Origin: Candidatus Krumholzibacteriia bacterium
GTDB taxonomy: Bacteria > Krumholzibacteriota > Krumholzibacteriia > Krumholzibacteriales > Krumholzibacteriaceae
Direction: 5' to 3'
Assembly (NCBI GenBank): GCA_963836185.1
Contig: CAWIIQ010000003.1
Location: 64,001-128,000 of the forward strand
DNA length: 64,000 nucleotides
Of this stretch, positions 9,901-22,055 are shown one piece after another. Both the position numbers and the translations under genes were made by a program. Position 1 is the stretch's first letter, and each line of letters opens with the position of its first letter. The notes below the pieces were generated by a model, which ran no database searches, had not been told where the DNA came from, and saw only the letters and a list, made by a program, of their open reading frames with translations.

Positions 9901-12417
9901 ATGAATAAAGAAGATCAGAAGCGGTACCTGATCATACACGGACATTTTTACCAGCCACCGCGGGAGAATCCCTGGACGGAGAGGATCGACCGGCAGGACA
10001 GTTCCGCTCCGTATCACGACTGGAACGAGCGGATCGCCTCGGAGTGCTACCACCCCAACGCGAGGTCGCGAAGGCTCGACGGGTACGGCCGCATACTCAA
10101 ACTCGTCAACAACTACGAACACATCTCGTTCAACTTCGGCCCGACGCTGCACGCGTGGATCGAGAAGCACCACCCCGTCCTGCACAGGCAGATCCTCGAG
10201 GCAGACGCGATCTCGGCCGGACGCAACGGCGGCCACGGGAACGCGATCGCGCAGGTCTACAATCACATCATCATGCCCCTGGCGAACCGCCATGACCAGG
10301 AGACGCAGATCCGCTGGGGCATACACGATTTCCGGCGGCGTTTCGGCCGCGAGCCTGCCGGGATCTGGCTCGCCGAGACGGCGGTCAACGAGACGACCCT
10401 CGAGATGCTGATAGATTTCGGGTTCAGGTTCATAATCCTCTCCCCCTTCCAGGCCGACCGCGTAAGGGCGATCGGCGGCGGCGAGTGGCTCGACGTCTCG
10501 GAGGGGAACATCATGACGGGGATGCCCTACCGCTGCTTCGGGGCGAGACGGAAAAGGAGCAGGAAGAGGTTCATCGACATATTCTTCTACGACGCTCAGA
10601 TATCGACAGACGTCAGCTTCAACCATCTCTGCCGCAGCGGCGACATATTCGCCGACGCCGTGGCGTCGGCATACGAGCGCACCGGCGGCGACCTCGTCAC
10701 GATCGCTACAGACGGTGAGATATACGGCCACCATGAGCCGTTCGCCGACATGGCCCTGGCATACCTGATCGACAAGGCCGCCGGCGAGCGCGGCATCGAG
10801 CTTACGAACTTTCCCGCATATCTCGACACCCACGAGCCGGCCTTCGAGGTGCAGATAAAGAAAGGCTTCGAAGGCGAGGGCACCGCCTGGTCATGCACAT
10901 CATGGAGTCGGGCGGTGGCAGGAGAACTGCGGGTGCAGCACCGGCGCGCCCGAGGGGTGGAACCAGGAGTGGCGCTCGCCTCTTCGCAAGGGACTGGACG
11001 AGCTGCGCGACAAGCTCGCCGGGCAGTTCATAAAGGAGGGCGGCGCGATCCTGTCTGACCCGTGGAAGGCGCGTAACGACTACATCGAGCTGATGGACAA
11101 CCGGATCGTCCGAAGCGGCTGCAAGCATTTGTGCGCGACAGGGCGGCGGGAGAGCCTGATGATTCCGACGATCGCGAAGGCGGTCTCCCTTCTCGAGGCG
11201 CAGCGCAACGCTCTGCTGATGTATACCTCGTGCGGATGGTTCTTCAACGACATATCGGGGATAGAAACGACCCAGCTGATGAAATATGCCGCCAGAGCCG
11301 ATCGAGCTCGCCGGCGGTGACAAGGCGGAGGAGCTCGAATCAATACTTGTAGATGAGCTCGAGAAGGCCGTCAGCAATATCGTGGCGCACGGCACGGGGG
11401 CCGACCTGTACAGGCAGGAGAAGAAATACTCCGCCGTCGACGAGGGATTCCTCGCCGGGCAGTACGTCCTCTCTATACACCTCGGTTGTCCCCGAGGCAT
11501 GCCCCGACATCTTCGGATACGAGTTCGAGATCATCGAAAGCGGCGGGATCGAGTTCGACGACGAATCGATCCGCACGGGGCTTTTCAGGATGACCTCTCC
11601 CTTCTCGATGAAAAGCTGGATGTTCGGATACGCCCTTATCCTCGGGTCCCCATCGAGGGTCGTCTGCATGGTCAGGGAGGGTATCGGCCATGAGGAGTAC
11701 CGCGAGCTGAGAGCGCGCCTCGACAACCTTCCGGACGGATCGGACCGCAAGGATATCATCAGGAAGTTCACCGAGCTCTTCGGCGGACATGTCTTCGCGA
11801 TGCGCGACCTCTTCCCCGAGGACAGGGAGAAGATCCTCGCTATCCTCGCAGCCAGGCAGGTCGACGGGATGGAGGACCGCCTCGAACAGCTCTATCTCGA
11901 GGACCGCGACATGCTGAGGCTCTTCAGCGAGACGCATCTCACCGCCCCGGCCGTGATCCGCGTGCCGGCCGAGACCGTTCTCTCCCGCAGGCTCGAGCGG
12001 GAACTGGAAAAATGGGAGAGAAGACTCGATCCGGCGGGCCTCGAAGGGGTCAAGGCCGTGCTGGCAGAGGCGGACTTTTACGGCGTATCGCTCGACAGGA
12101 CCGAGGTCTCCAGGATGTTCACCGAGCTTCTCGAAGAAGCTCTCGGCGTGCTTCGCGAAGGGATCGACGACATCGCGGCGGCAACGCTGATAGACTTCGT
12201 AAGCTTCGGCGACGAGGCCGGAGTCGCTTTCGACGACCACGGGATACAGAACGTGATCTACGAGATACTCACCGGGCCGCTCTGTGACGCGATCGGCAGG
12301 CTCGAGAGGGACGAGCCGGACAGCGGCAACGAGCTTGTCGGAATCAGGAAGATGCTTGCCCTCGCGAAGAGATTCAACTTCAACGTCGAAGCTTTCGAGG
12401 AACGGATACCTGTATAG
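9901..12417 (+). CDS. GH57 family glycoside hydrolase with DUF3536, several frameshifts
   Basis: IHGHFYQPPRENPW, APYHDWNERI, GIWLAETA, ATDGEIYGHH, TAWSC, MYTSCGWFFNDISGIET, spread over ORFs 9901, 11093, 11286 and 11353. Confidence 0.85.
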
Positions 12418-12418
12418 C

Positions 12419-14426
<2,008 letters not shown>

Positions 14427-14438
14427 TCCCGGCCCGGC

Positions 14439-14609
14439 CTACTCCTTCAGCTTCAGACCTTCTCCGCAGCACTTGAGCTCACAGGGCTCCACGCACTTTC
14501 CCTTATTACCATCGTAGCAGTCCTTGTTCTCCTTTACGACCTGGAGCTCGAGCCCGCACTTGCCGCAGTAGTAGATCTCTCCCTCTTTCATCTCCTGGCA
14601 GTATGACAT
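14439..14609 (-). CDS. 56-aa Cys-rich desulforedoxin-like metal-binding protein
   Basis: MSYCQEMKEGEIYYCGKCGLELQVVKENKDCYDGNKGKCVEPCELKCCGEGLKLKE; AGGGGA RBS; CxxC...CCG motif. Confidence 0.75.
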   Translation of the reverse strand: MSYCQEMKEGEIYYCGKCGLELQVVKENKDCYDGNKGKCVEPCELKCCGEGLKLKE

Positions 14610-14640
14610 GCAAGATTCCCCTGTTGCTTCAGTTGCCGTT

Positions 14641-14814
14641 CTATTCCTTTTTCTCAAGCGGAGCGCCGCAGCATTCAATATCCTTGCAGTCATCGCTGCA
14701 TGCTTCCTCGTTCTCATCCACACAGCCCGCGCAAGCCTTGTTGACCTTGATCTCGAAACCGCAGTTCCTGCACCACCAGACCTGTCCAAGCATCATGTCG
14801 TGACAATGAGCCAT
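14641..14814 (-). CDS. 57-aa Cys-rich desulforedoxin-like protein, paralog of the next gene
   Basis: Manual translation: MAHCHDMMLGQVWWCRNCGFEIKVNKACAGCVDENEEACSDDCKDIECCGAPLEKKE. Strong AAGGAGG RBS. Below the ORF-track length cutoff. Confidence 0.75.
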   Translation of the reverse strand: MAHCHDMMLGQVWWCRNCGFEIKVNKACAGCVDENEEACSDDCKDIECCGAPLEKKE

Positions 14815-14880
14815 TATCAGTCCTCCTTGAATCTGTACGGCAGAATTTTCTCATGAACCAGTATTTATGTAAAGCGTCCT

Positions 14881-15819
14881 TCAGCGGCCGGCCAGGAAAC
14901 GGGCAAGGCGCCTTATATACCGCTCATCGGTCCCGCAGCACCCGCCGAGGATCTTTATCCCGAAACTCTCCTTAAGCGCAGCCATCGCCCCCGCCCATCT
15001 GACGGGATCGTCGGCGTCGAGTTCCTCGCGGCCGTCGAGCTCGTCGGGATCGAGGGCCGAGGCGTTCGCCTGAAGGCCGATGAGCCTCCCCGAATCTCTC
15101 AGGGGAGCGTTTCCGTCCCTGCCCATCGCACGGGCGAAGTTGGCCGGGTGGATACAGTTGGCCATGTAGAATATGGGCGGGTCGCAGCCCAGGGTATCGA
15201 TCCTCTCAACGGCGTCTCCGAGAAACGTCCCGTCGAGGACCTTTCCGTCACTCCTGGGGACAAAGCTCATCACGAGGGGAGCGCCGGCCTCCGCGGCTGC
15301 CATCGTTATCCCCGCAGCCTCCTCTGCCGACGGGAGGGTCGAGGCCATCACGAAATCTACGCCGCTATCGAGCAGGACCTCGATCTGCGGGGCGTGGTAC
15401 CTTCTCGCCGTCTCCCGGGGCAGGGCCTCCTCCGGCCGATAGGCGTCCCCCCTGCTCCCGACGAGCCCGCCGACGAAGATCCTCCCGGCTAGGGAGGGAT
15501 ACTCCGAGACGGTCTCCATCATGAAATCGACGCAGGCCCTGTTGGCCTGGCCGAGCTCGAGACCGGCCCGTTCGCATGCATCAGCTCCCGTTTTCCATGT
15601 AGGCGCGAGGACCATGATCGGCAGGCCTGTCTCGGCCGCGATGTCGATGTACGCCCTGTATATATCGCCCAGCTCCGCACGGCTTTCCTCTTCGAGAACG
15701 AGCGGAGCCAACAGGAAGTCCTCGACGGCGGGGCCGCCCTGCCTGCGGAGCCGTTCGATCACGGCGCCCTCTGCGAGGACCGCCTCTTCCTTCATCACAG
15801 CATCCCTGAGATCTGTCAT
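14881..15819 (-). CDS. Homocysteine S-methyltransferase family protein
   Basis: C-terminal part of ORF 14881..16749 from MTDLRDA. Zn ligands in ANCIHP and GGCCGT; GxxGD-Y motif. Start overlaps the MATE stop (ATGA). Confidence 0.85.
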   Translation of the reverse strand: MTDLRDAVMKEEAVLAEGAVIERLRRQGGPAVEDFLLAPLVLEEESRAELGDIYRAYIDIAAETGLPIMVLAPTWKTGADACERAGLELGQANRACVDFMMETVSEYPSLAGRIFVGGLVGSRGDAYRPEEALPRETARRYHAPQIEVLLDSGVDFVMASTLPSAEEAAGITMAAAEAGAPLVMSFVPRSDGKVLDGTFLGDAVERIDTLGCDPPIFYMANCIHPANFARAMGRDGNAPLRDSGRLIGLQANASALDPDELDGREELDADDPVRWAGAMAALKESFGIKILGGCCGTDERYIRRLARFLAGR

Positions 15820-17210
15820 CCGCTCTCCTCTATCCGGGACAGGACATGCCTTACCACGAACCAGGCAAGGAGCCCCGCGATGATGTACGAGAGGCCTACA
15901 CCGGCAAACAGCCCCTTGAGGCCGGCCAGCTTCATCCCCGCCCATGCCATCGGGATGGACAGGGCGAAGGTCTGGCCCGCAGCAAGTACGGCAGCGTGCA
16001 TCGGCCTGTGAAGCACGTTCAGCACGAAGGATGATATCACGAATATCCCGTACATGCAGTATGCCGCCGCCACCGACCTCGTGTAGAGGACTATCGTCGA
16101 GATGACTTCGGGGTCCCTGCTGAAGATCCCCGCTATCGGCCGGGCGAGCAAGGCAAGCAGGGCGAACATCCCGATACCCCACAGAAATGAGAACCTGTTG
16201 CTCAGCGAGATCCCCTTTCGGACCCTGCCGAGCTTCGCTGCGCCCCAGTTCTGCCCGGTAAACGGGTTGAGCACGCTCGAGAGGGCGAAGATGACGGCCA
16301 GGGCGAAGAATTCGATCCTCGTCCCGACCCCTAAGCCCGCTACGGCCTTCGGCCCGACGCGGGCGACCATACTCGTTATCACGCCGACACCGATCGGGAC
16401 GATGATCCTCGTCGCCGCCGCCGGCAGGCCTACGTAGAGGATCTTCTTCCAGGAGGCAAGCACATCGGCGAATGGGACCTGCTCGAAAGTGAGCATCTTC
16501 ATCCTGAAATGGACTATATAGAAGGAGAGGGTGAATGTGATCATCCTCGTAAAGACGGTAGCCACAGCGGCCCCGGCGAGGCCGAGGCGGGGGAAGGGGC
16601 CGATCCCGAAGATCAGGAGCGGGTCGAGGACGATATTGGCGAAAACCGCCGCCAGCATGATGAGGGCGGGCGTCTTCATGTCCCCGTTGGCGCGGATCGC
16701 GTTGTTGCTGACCATCGGGAAGAATACGAAGAAAAGACCGGCGAACCATATCGACATGTACGTCTTCACCAGCGGCAGTATAGTCGCGTCGGCGCCGAGG
16801 GCGCGGAATACCGGGTCCATCGTGAGAAATCCGGCCACCGCGAAGATCACGACGGCGATGAAGGCGAGGCTGAGGCTGTCTGTCGTAAGGCGGCGTACGG
16901 CGTGAGCGTCCCCGCGGCCGATCGCCCTGGAGATCACCGTCGAGGCGCCTATCCCTATCCCCAGGGTGAACCGCACGATGACCAGTACCACGGGAAAGGT
17001 GAAGCTCAGCGCGGCAAGCTCGATTGTGCCGAGCCGGCCGACAAAGAATGTATCGGTGAGGTTGAAGGCGACCATACCGACGATCCCGGCGACCATCGGA
17101 ACTGTGAGCCTTACAAGGGTCCTGCCGACAGGGCCCTCGGTCAGCACTGCCTTCCAGCGGCCGCTTCCCGCGGCGGTTCGGTCTTCTGTCATATGGCCCC
17201 GTTTCTCCAA
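15816..17210 (-). CDS. MATE family efflux transporter
   Basis: About 12 hydrophobic segments; DTFFVGRLG, RANGDMKTP, NIVLDPLLIFG, GAAVAT. Confidence 0.92.
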   Translation of the reverse strand: MEKRGHMTEDRTAAGSGRWKAVLTEGPVGRTLVRLTVPMVAGIVGMVAFNLTDTFFVGRLGTIELAALSFTFPVVLVIVRFTLGIGIGASTVISRAIGRGDAHAVRRLTTDSLSLAFIAVVIFAVAGFLTMDPVFRALGADATILPLVKTYMSIWFAGLFFVFFPMVSNNAIRANGDMKTPALIMLAAVFANIVLDPLLIFGIGPFPRLGLAGAAVATVFTRMITFTLSFYIVHFRMKMLTFEQVPFADVLASWKKILYVGLPAAATRIIVPIGVGVITSMVARVGPKAVAGLGVGTRIEFFALAVIFALSSVLNPFTGQNWGAAKLGRVRKGISLSNRFSFLWGIGMFALLALLARPIAGIFSRDPEVISTIVLYTRSVAAAYCMYGIFVISSFVLNVLHRPMHAAVLAAGQTFALSIPMAWAGMKLAGLKGLFAGVGLSYIIAGLLAWFVVRHVLSRIEESG

Positions 17211-17307
17211 TTTGGGGGTTGTTTCATTTCGGGCCGGGGTTTATTATATTATTCCTCGTTGAGAGGCAGTTAGTTTAATTTTCAGTGGCCCCGGACCTAT
17301 AACAGAG

Positions 17308-18429
17308 GTGAATCGCATGATCATTGGCGTTCCCAAGGAAATAAAGAAGGACGAGCACCGAGTCTCCCTGCTCCCCGTCGGAGCGGAAATACTCACCAAG
17401 AAGAAGCATACCGTTCTCGTAGAGAAGGGCGCGGGCCTCGGCAGCGGGATCAGCGACTCCGAGTACCGGGCCGCGGGCGCGCGGATTCTCCGCTCCGCCG
17501 ACGAGATCTGGAAAAAGGCCGACATGATCATCAAGGTCAAGGAGCCTCAGCCGATCGAGATCAAGAGATCGCGCAAAGAGCAGATCATCTTCACATACTT
17601 CCATTACGCGGCGAACAAGCCCCTCACGCTGGGCATGCTCAAGAGCGGCGCGATCTGCATCGCTTACGAGACGATGGTCGGAGCCGACGGCACCCTTCCC
17701 CTGCTTACACCGATGAGCGAGGTCGCCGGCCGCATGGCGATCCAGGAAGGCGCCAAGTATCTCGAGAAGCCGATGGGCGGACTCGGGATCCTTCTCGGCG
17801 GCGTCCCCGGTGTCGATCCGGCGCACGTTACGATCATCGGCGGCGGAGTCGTCGGAACGCACGCCGCGAAGATGGCCGCCGGCCTCGGCGCCAACGTGAC
17901 GATCCTCGACATCGACCTCGAGCGTCTGCGCTACCTCGCCGACGTTCTTCCCGCCAACGTTACGACGCTCATGTCGAACCCGGCGAACATCCGCTCCGAG
18001 ATCGGCAAGGCCGACCTCGTGGTCGGCGCGGTCCTGATCCCCGGCGCGAAGGCTCCGAAGCTGATCACCCGCAGGATGCTCAAGCTCATGAAGCCGGGTT
18101 CCGTTATCGTCGACGTCGCTGTCGACCAGGGCGGCTGCATCGAGACGATCGTACCGACAACGCATTCGAAGCCGATCTACGAAGTAGACGGAGTCATACA
18201 TTACGCCGTGGCAAACATGCCCGGAGCGGTCTCGCGCACATCGACCTACGCGCTGACCAACGCGACCTTCCCCTACGCCCTCGAGATCGCCAACAAGGGC
18301 TGGGTCAGGGCCGCCAAGAACGACCCGACGATCTGGACGGGCATCAACACGCTCCGCGGAGTGATCACCGACGCGGCAGTGGCAAAAGCCTTCAAGATGA
18401 AGTACACGCCGCTCAAAGACGTGATATAA
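17308..18429 (+). CDS. ald: Alanine dehydrogenase
   Basis: [44 protein letters not shown]. Confidence 0.95.
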   Translation: MNRMIIGVPKEIKKDEHRVSLLPVGAEILTKKKHTVLVEKGAGLGSGISDSEYRAAGARILRSADEIWKKADMIIKVKEPQPIEIKRSRKEQIIFTYFHYAANKPLTLGMLKSGAICIAYETMVGADGTLPLLTPMSEVAGRMAIQEGAKYLEKPMGGLGILLGGVPGVDPAHVTIIGGGVVGTHAAKMAAGLGANVTILDIDLERLRYLADVLPANVTTLMSNPANIRSEIGKADLVVGAVLIPGAKAPKLITRRMLKLMKPGSVIVDVAVDQGGCIETIVPTTHSKPIYEVDGVIHYAVANMPGAVSRTSTYALTNATFPYALEIANKGWVRAAKNDPTIWTGINTLRGVITDAAVAKAFKMKYTPLKDVI

Positions 18430-18463
18430 AGCTGTCATTCAGGAGACGGCGGATCAGAAAGAC

Positions 18464-18494
18464 GAGACCCCCGGTGCAACGCCGGGGGTCTTTT
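18464..18494 (+). terminator. Intrinsic terminator of ald
   Basis: GAGACCCCCGG-tgcaacg-CCGGGGGTCTTTT. Confidence 0.75.
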
Positions 18495-18502
18495 CGAATA
18501 TT

Positions 18503-18533
18503 AAAGAAGCCCCCGGACGAAGGCCGGGGGCTT
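18503..18533 (-). terminator. Intrinsic terminator of the putative ncRNA
   Basis: Minus strand AAGCCCCCGG-ccttcgt-CCGGGGGCTT followed by CTTT. Confidence 0.6.
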
Positions 18534-18699
18534 AATGATCTTCGGCAGATTTTGTGGGTGCAGGGCACCGCCTTACGGCATGCCTTATGCGCCGCCGAAT
18601 CTCAATGTCACGACGCCGGACGGCAGCGTTCACTGCCACAATTCACCACACTCGCCACTGCCGGGGTCGATCGACCGGGAACCTTTCGGCTCCGAAGTC
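18503..18699 (-). ncRNA. Putative ~200-nt structured non-coding RNA (family not recognised)
   Basis: Bounded by a near-consensus sigma70 promoter and a terminator; several helices with GAAA/GTAA tetraloops; no credible ORF. Confidence 0.55.
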
Positions 18700-18704
18700 G
18701 AAGC

Positions 18705-18733
18705 AAGATAATGAAAGGCCCGGTCCGTGTCAA
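18705..18733 (-). promoter_or_regulatory. Sigma70 promoter overlapping the pdxJ terminator
   Basis: TTGACA (18733-18728), 17 nt, TATCTT (18710-18705). Confidence 0.6.
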
Positions 18734-18750
18734 CACGGCCGGGCCTTTTT
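18714..18750 (-). terminator. Terminator downstream of pdxJ
   Basis: AAAGGCCCGGtCCGTGT-caac-ACGGCCGGGCCTTTTT inverted repeat. Confidence 0.7.
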
Positions 18751-18774
18751 AATGATTATTTATTATTTTCCCGT

Positions 18775-19495
18775 CTACCTGACCATCAGAGATACCATCT
18801 CACTTACCGCCTGTTCGATCCCTGAGAAGACAGCCCTCGAGATTATGCTGTGCCCGATGTTAAGTTCCTCGATCTCCGGTATCATCACGATCGGGTGGAC
18901 GTTGTGATAAGTGAGCCCGTGGCCGGCGTGCACATGAAGCCTGTATTTCACTCCTGCGTTCGCCGCGTCCTGTACCGCGCGCAGCGTATCGCCGGGATCC
19001 CGCCTCGACGCGTTAGCGTACTCACCGGTGTGGATCTCGATCGCGTCGAATCCGAGCTTCGCCGCCGCCTTGATCTGCGTCCGGATCGGGACCGATGAAC
19101 GCCGCCGTCTTGATCCCGCCGTCCTTGAGGGCCTTCACCGTCGCTGCGTATTTCTCGCTCTCCCTGAGCAGGTTGAGCCCCCCCTCTGTCGTGACCTCTT
19201 CGCGTTTCTCCGGCACGAGGGTCACGGAGTCGGGGTTCATCGCCAGCGCGATCTCCTGCATCGCCAGGGTAGCGGCCATCTCGAGATTGACCCTGGTCTG
19301 CGCCATCTCGCAGATCAGCCTCGCGTCGCGGTTCTGGATGTGCCGCCGGTCCTCTCTGAGGTGAAAGGTCACCTGGTCGGCCCCTCCCATCTCGGCGAGC
19401 ATCGCCGCGGTGACCGGATCGGGCTCGGTAGTCTTCCTCGCCTCTCTCAGGGTCGCGACATGGTCGATATTGACTCCAAGCCTCATCCTGTTCAT
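18775..19495 (-). CDS. pdxJ: Pyridoxine 5'-phosphate synthase (frameshift near 19080)
   Basis: LGVNIDHVATLR, HLREDRRHI, NLEMA, LVPEKREEVTTEGG. After the shift: IEIHTG, HAGHGL, ELNIGHSIISRA; stop TAG at 18775. Confidence 0.93.
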
Positions 19496-19523
19496 TATGA
19501 CCTCGCTTTCTGCCGGGGACGCG

Positions 19524-20709
19524 TCAGATCCCCATCATATCCGTCAACTTGATTATCCTCACGCCTTCTCTCTCCGCTTCCTGCGCGAACCAGCGGAGAT
19601 GTTCGGCGTTGCCTTTTCTGATGTGCATTATAACCGTCACTTTGCCGCTGCGCGAGGCGATTGATATGGCCTTGCGCATATTCTCCCTGACATCCTCCCC
19701 CTTGTTGTCGAGAAAGAGGTCGTTGCGCAGGGTCCTTACCCCTGCCTTCTTCGCCGCCTCGGCGACTACCGATTTCGACGTAGTATAACTGTCTATGTAG
19801 AAGAGTCTTCTTTCGGCGGCAGACCTTCATGACCGAGTCCATGACTCTCATGTCGGAGGTCGCCTTCGAGCCCATGTGATTGTTCATGCCGATCACGCCG
19901 GGTGTCGACTCGAGCGCCCTCTCGACGATATCCTCGATCTCACCGCCGCTCATCGCCGTTCGCACGAGCGGTATCTCTCCATTGTCGCTGCCGTTCTTCT
20001 CCGGCTCCATCGGGAGGTGGCAGATCACTTCCTTGCCCGCTTCCCTCGCCTGCCGGCAGATCCTGGCCGAGTGCTCGAGGCCGGGTATGACCGAGACGGT
20101 AAACGGGGTGTCGACGGCGAGAAATTCCCTGACGCGGCGGTTGTTGAAATATCCGAAATCGTCGACGATAACAGTGATCGCGGGCCCGGACGGTTTTTCC
20201 GTCCTGCTCGCCGCTCTCCGGTTGATCCTGAACTCGCATCTGTGGGTAATGGCGGTCCGCGTCCCGATCTCTATCTCCAGGACGCTGCCGTTTCTTTTCT
20301 CTGCGCACCTGCGCACGCGGCCGCCGCCTGAACTGACCGCCCTGTCGATCGCGACGTTGAGCTGCAGGAGGGAGCGTCCGGCGGGCAGGTCTCCCTTTAC
20401 CACCGCGACCGGGCCGGGCTCTCCCTGCTCGTCCGAGGCCGAGATACGGACCGCACCTTCAGGTATCCCCGTCTCCGAGGCGCCTTTCTTTACCAGTTCG
20501 CCGAGGCCTGTCTGCACCTCGGTGTAATACCTGTCGAATCCCAGGTCGAGCAGCAGAATCCTGCCGCGCGGGGTGTCGGCATACTTGACCATCGCGAAGA
20601 AGAGTATCGCAGCGCAGGCGAGAAAGATCGCGAGCCGCCCGAGCGAACGCCCGGAGCCGGTGCTGTTTTTCTTTTTCGCCGTCTTCTTTTTTGTCTTCCT
20701 GCCTGCCAT
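19524..20709 (-). CDS. Divergent polysaccharide deacetylase family protein (YibQ-like), frameshift near 19810
   Basis: N-terminal TM segment; IVDDFG, HLPMEP, GMNNHMGS; after the shift FYIDS...RNDLFLD. Confidence 0.85.
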
Positions 20710-20771
20710 GTCGCCCCATGATGAAGGTCATGTGCCGCCGCGCGCGGATACGCACAGCCGGAGGCAGGAGT

Positions 20772-20801
20772 ACTATATGCGCGGGGTGTGCCGCGTGTCA
20801 A
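20772..20801 (-). promoter_or_regulatory. Sigma70 promoter for deacetylase-pdxJ
   Basis: TTGACA, 18 nt, TATAGT. Confidence 0.6.
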
Positions 20802-20813
20802 GAATGGGCAGTG

Positions 20814-21369
20814 TCACATGGCGATATCGTAGACGGCCCTGACGGCCCACTTCTCCGGATCGCTCTCGTCAGGGGCGACGACGATCGTCACCAGGGAAGT
20901 CGATGGAGAGCTCGCGTAGACGGTCCCGTCCCGGCTGAACTGCACGCGGATGTAATACTGCCTCGTCGTCTCGCGGCAGCCTTCGCAGGGCCCGCCGGCG
21001 ATCTCATCGCGGTCCGACCAGGCGCCGCTGGTGGAGATGCTCAGCTCGAGCTCGAACTGCCTTTCGAATATCAGCGGCCGTAACATCGATATCCTCGCTC
21101 CTCGTTATGACCGGGCCCTCCCCGGGGCCGACATCATCGGGGGCGAGGTAGAAGAAATACTCCGAGTGAAGGATGCTTTCATATCTTGCCATGGCATCTT
21201 CGTCGGAGGGATTCTTGTAGCACCAGAGGATGGCCCTGACGGCGTCGTCTTCGCTCGTCATCCCGGGCCAGGTCGAGGGCGGCGCTTCCTTTATCGGCTT
21301 TACCGCATCGTCGAGGCACGATGGGAGCACGGCGAGCATCGCCAGTATGATCAGGCTCTTTCGGAACAT
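20814..21369 (-). CDS. Lipoprotein of the tandem paralog family (copy 1; frameshift near 21080)
   Basis: MFRKSLIILAMLAVLPSC lipobox-like; YESILHSEYFF, PCEGC, VAPDESDPEKWAVRAVYD. Confidence 0.75.
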
Positions 21370-21379
21370 TTTCCCCTCC

Positions 21380-21943
21380 TTATATACCGAGGTCGTAGAT
21401 CGCTCGAAGGACCCACTTCGACGGGTCGCTCTCGTCGGGCGCGACGATAAAGACTGCAAAGGCCCTGCCGGGAGGGCTCTGATAGATCGTCGTCTCATCC
21501 CCGATCTGAACCCTTATAAAATACTGCCTCTCCGTTCCCCAGCAGTTCGCGCAGGGCTCTCCCCCGATCTCCGGGTACTCATACCACGATCCCTCTTCGG
21601 GGGTGATGGTAAGATCCAGAATGGTCGAGTTCGAGAACATGAATTCTGTGGACGCTATATCCTCCGCCCTTGCCATGAACGGCGGGTCGCCCGGCTGGAC
21701 ATCTGTGGCGTCAAGCCCGAAGAAGTACTGAGAGTGGAGCACGGCGTTGTACTTCGATAATGATTCCCCATACTTCGGGTTGTTGTGCGCAAGAACGACA
21801 GTCTTTATGACATCGTCCCGGCTCGTCATGGCCGGCCAGGTGAGATCGTCGTCGTCCTTTACCGGGTCTGTCGGATCGTCGCCGCACGACACCACAAGGA
21901 AAAGCGCGGCGGCCAGTATCATCACAAGTGTCTTTTTACTCAA
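21380..21943 (-). CDS. Lipoprotein of the tandem paralog family (copy 2)
   Basis: TTG start after GGAGG; LVVSC lipobox; YNAVLHSQYFF, PCANCW, VAPDESDPSKWVLRAIYDLGI. Confidence 0.8.
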   Translation of the reverse strand: MSKKTLVMILAAALFLVVSCGDDPTDPVKDDDDLTWPAMTSRDDVIKTVVLAHNNPKYGESLSKYNAVLHSQYFFGLDATDVQPGDPPFMARAEDIASTEFMFSNSTILDLTITPEEGSWYEYPEIGGEPCANCWGTERQYFIRVQIGDETTIYQSPPGRAFAVFIVAPDESDPSKWVLRAIYDLGI

Positions 21944-21982
21944 AATCGCCCCTCCATCTGACAGGTGATATCTGACCCGCAT

Positions 21983-22011
21983 ATTATAACAGAGGTCCGG
22001 CGCGATTTCAA
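21983..22011 (-). promoter_or_regulatory. Sigma70 promoter for lipoprotein copies 2 and 1
   Basis: TTGAAA, 17 nt, TG-n-TATAAT. Confidence 0.7.
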
Positions 22012-22055
22012 TGGACCGCGCCGGACCCGGGCAAGACCGGAATCATTCCGGGCAC

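Noticed and set aside
8905-10833. 642-aa minus-strand ORF and many similar long antisense ORFs (e.g. 3388..4815, 58558..60930, 39843..41378)
   Set aside because: Shadow ORFs opposite well-supported genes, expected in high-GC DNA; no recognisable motifs.
14881-16749. Apparent 622-aa methyltransferase with a long N-terminal extension
   Set aside because: The N-terminal half is an alternative frame of the MATE gene; the real start is ATG 15819.
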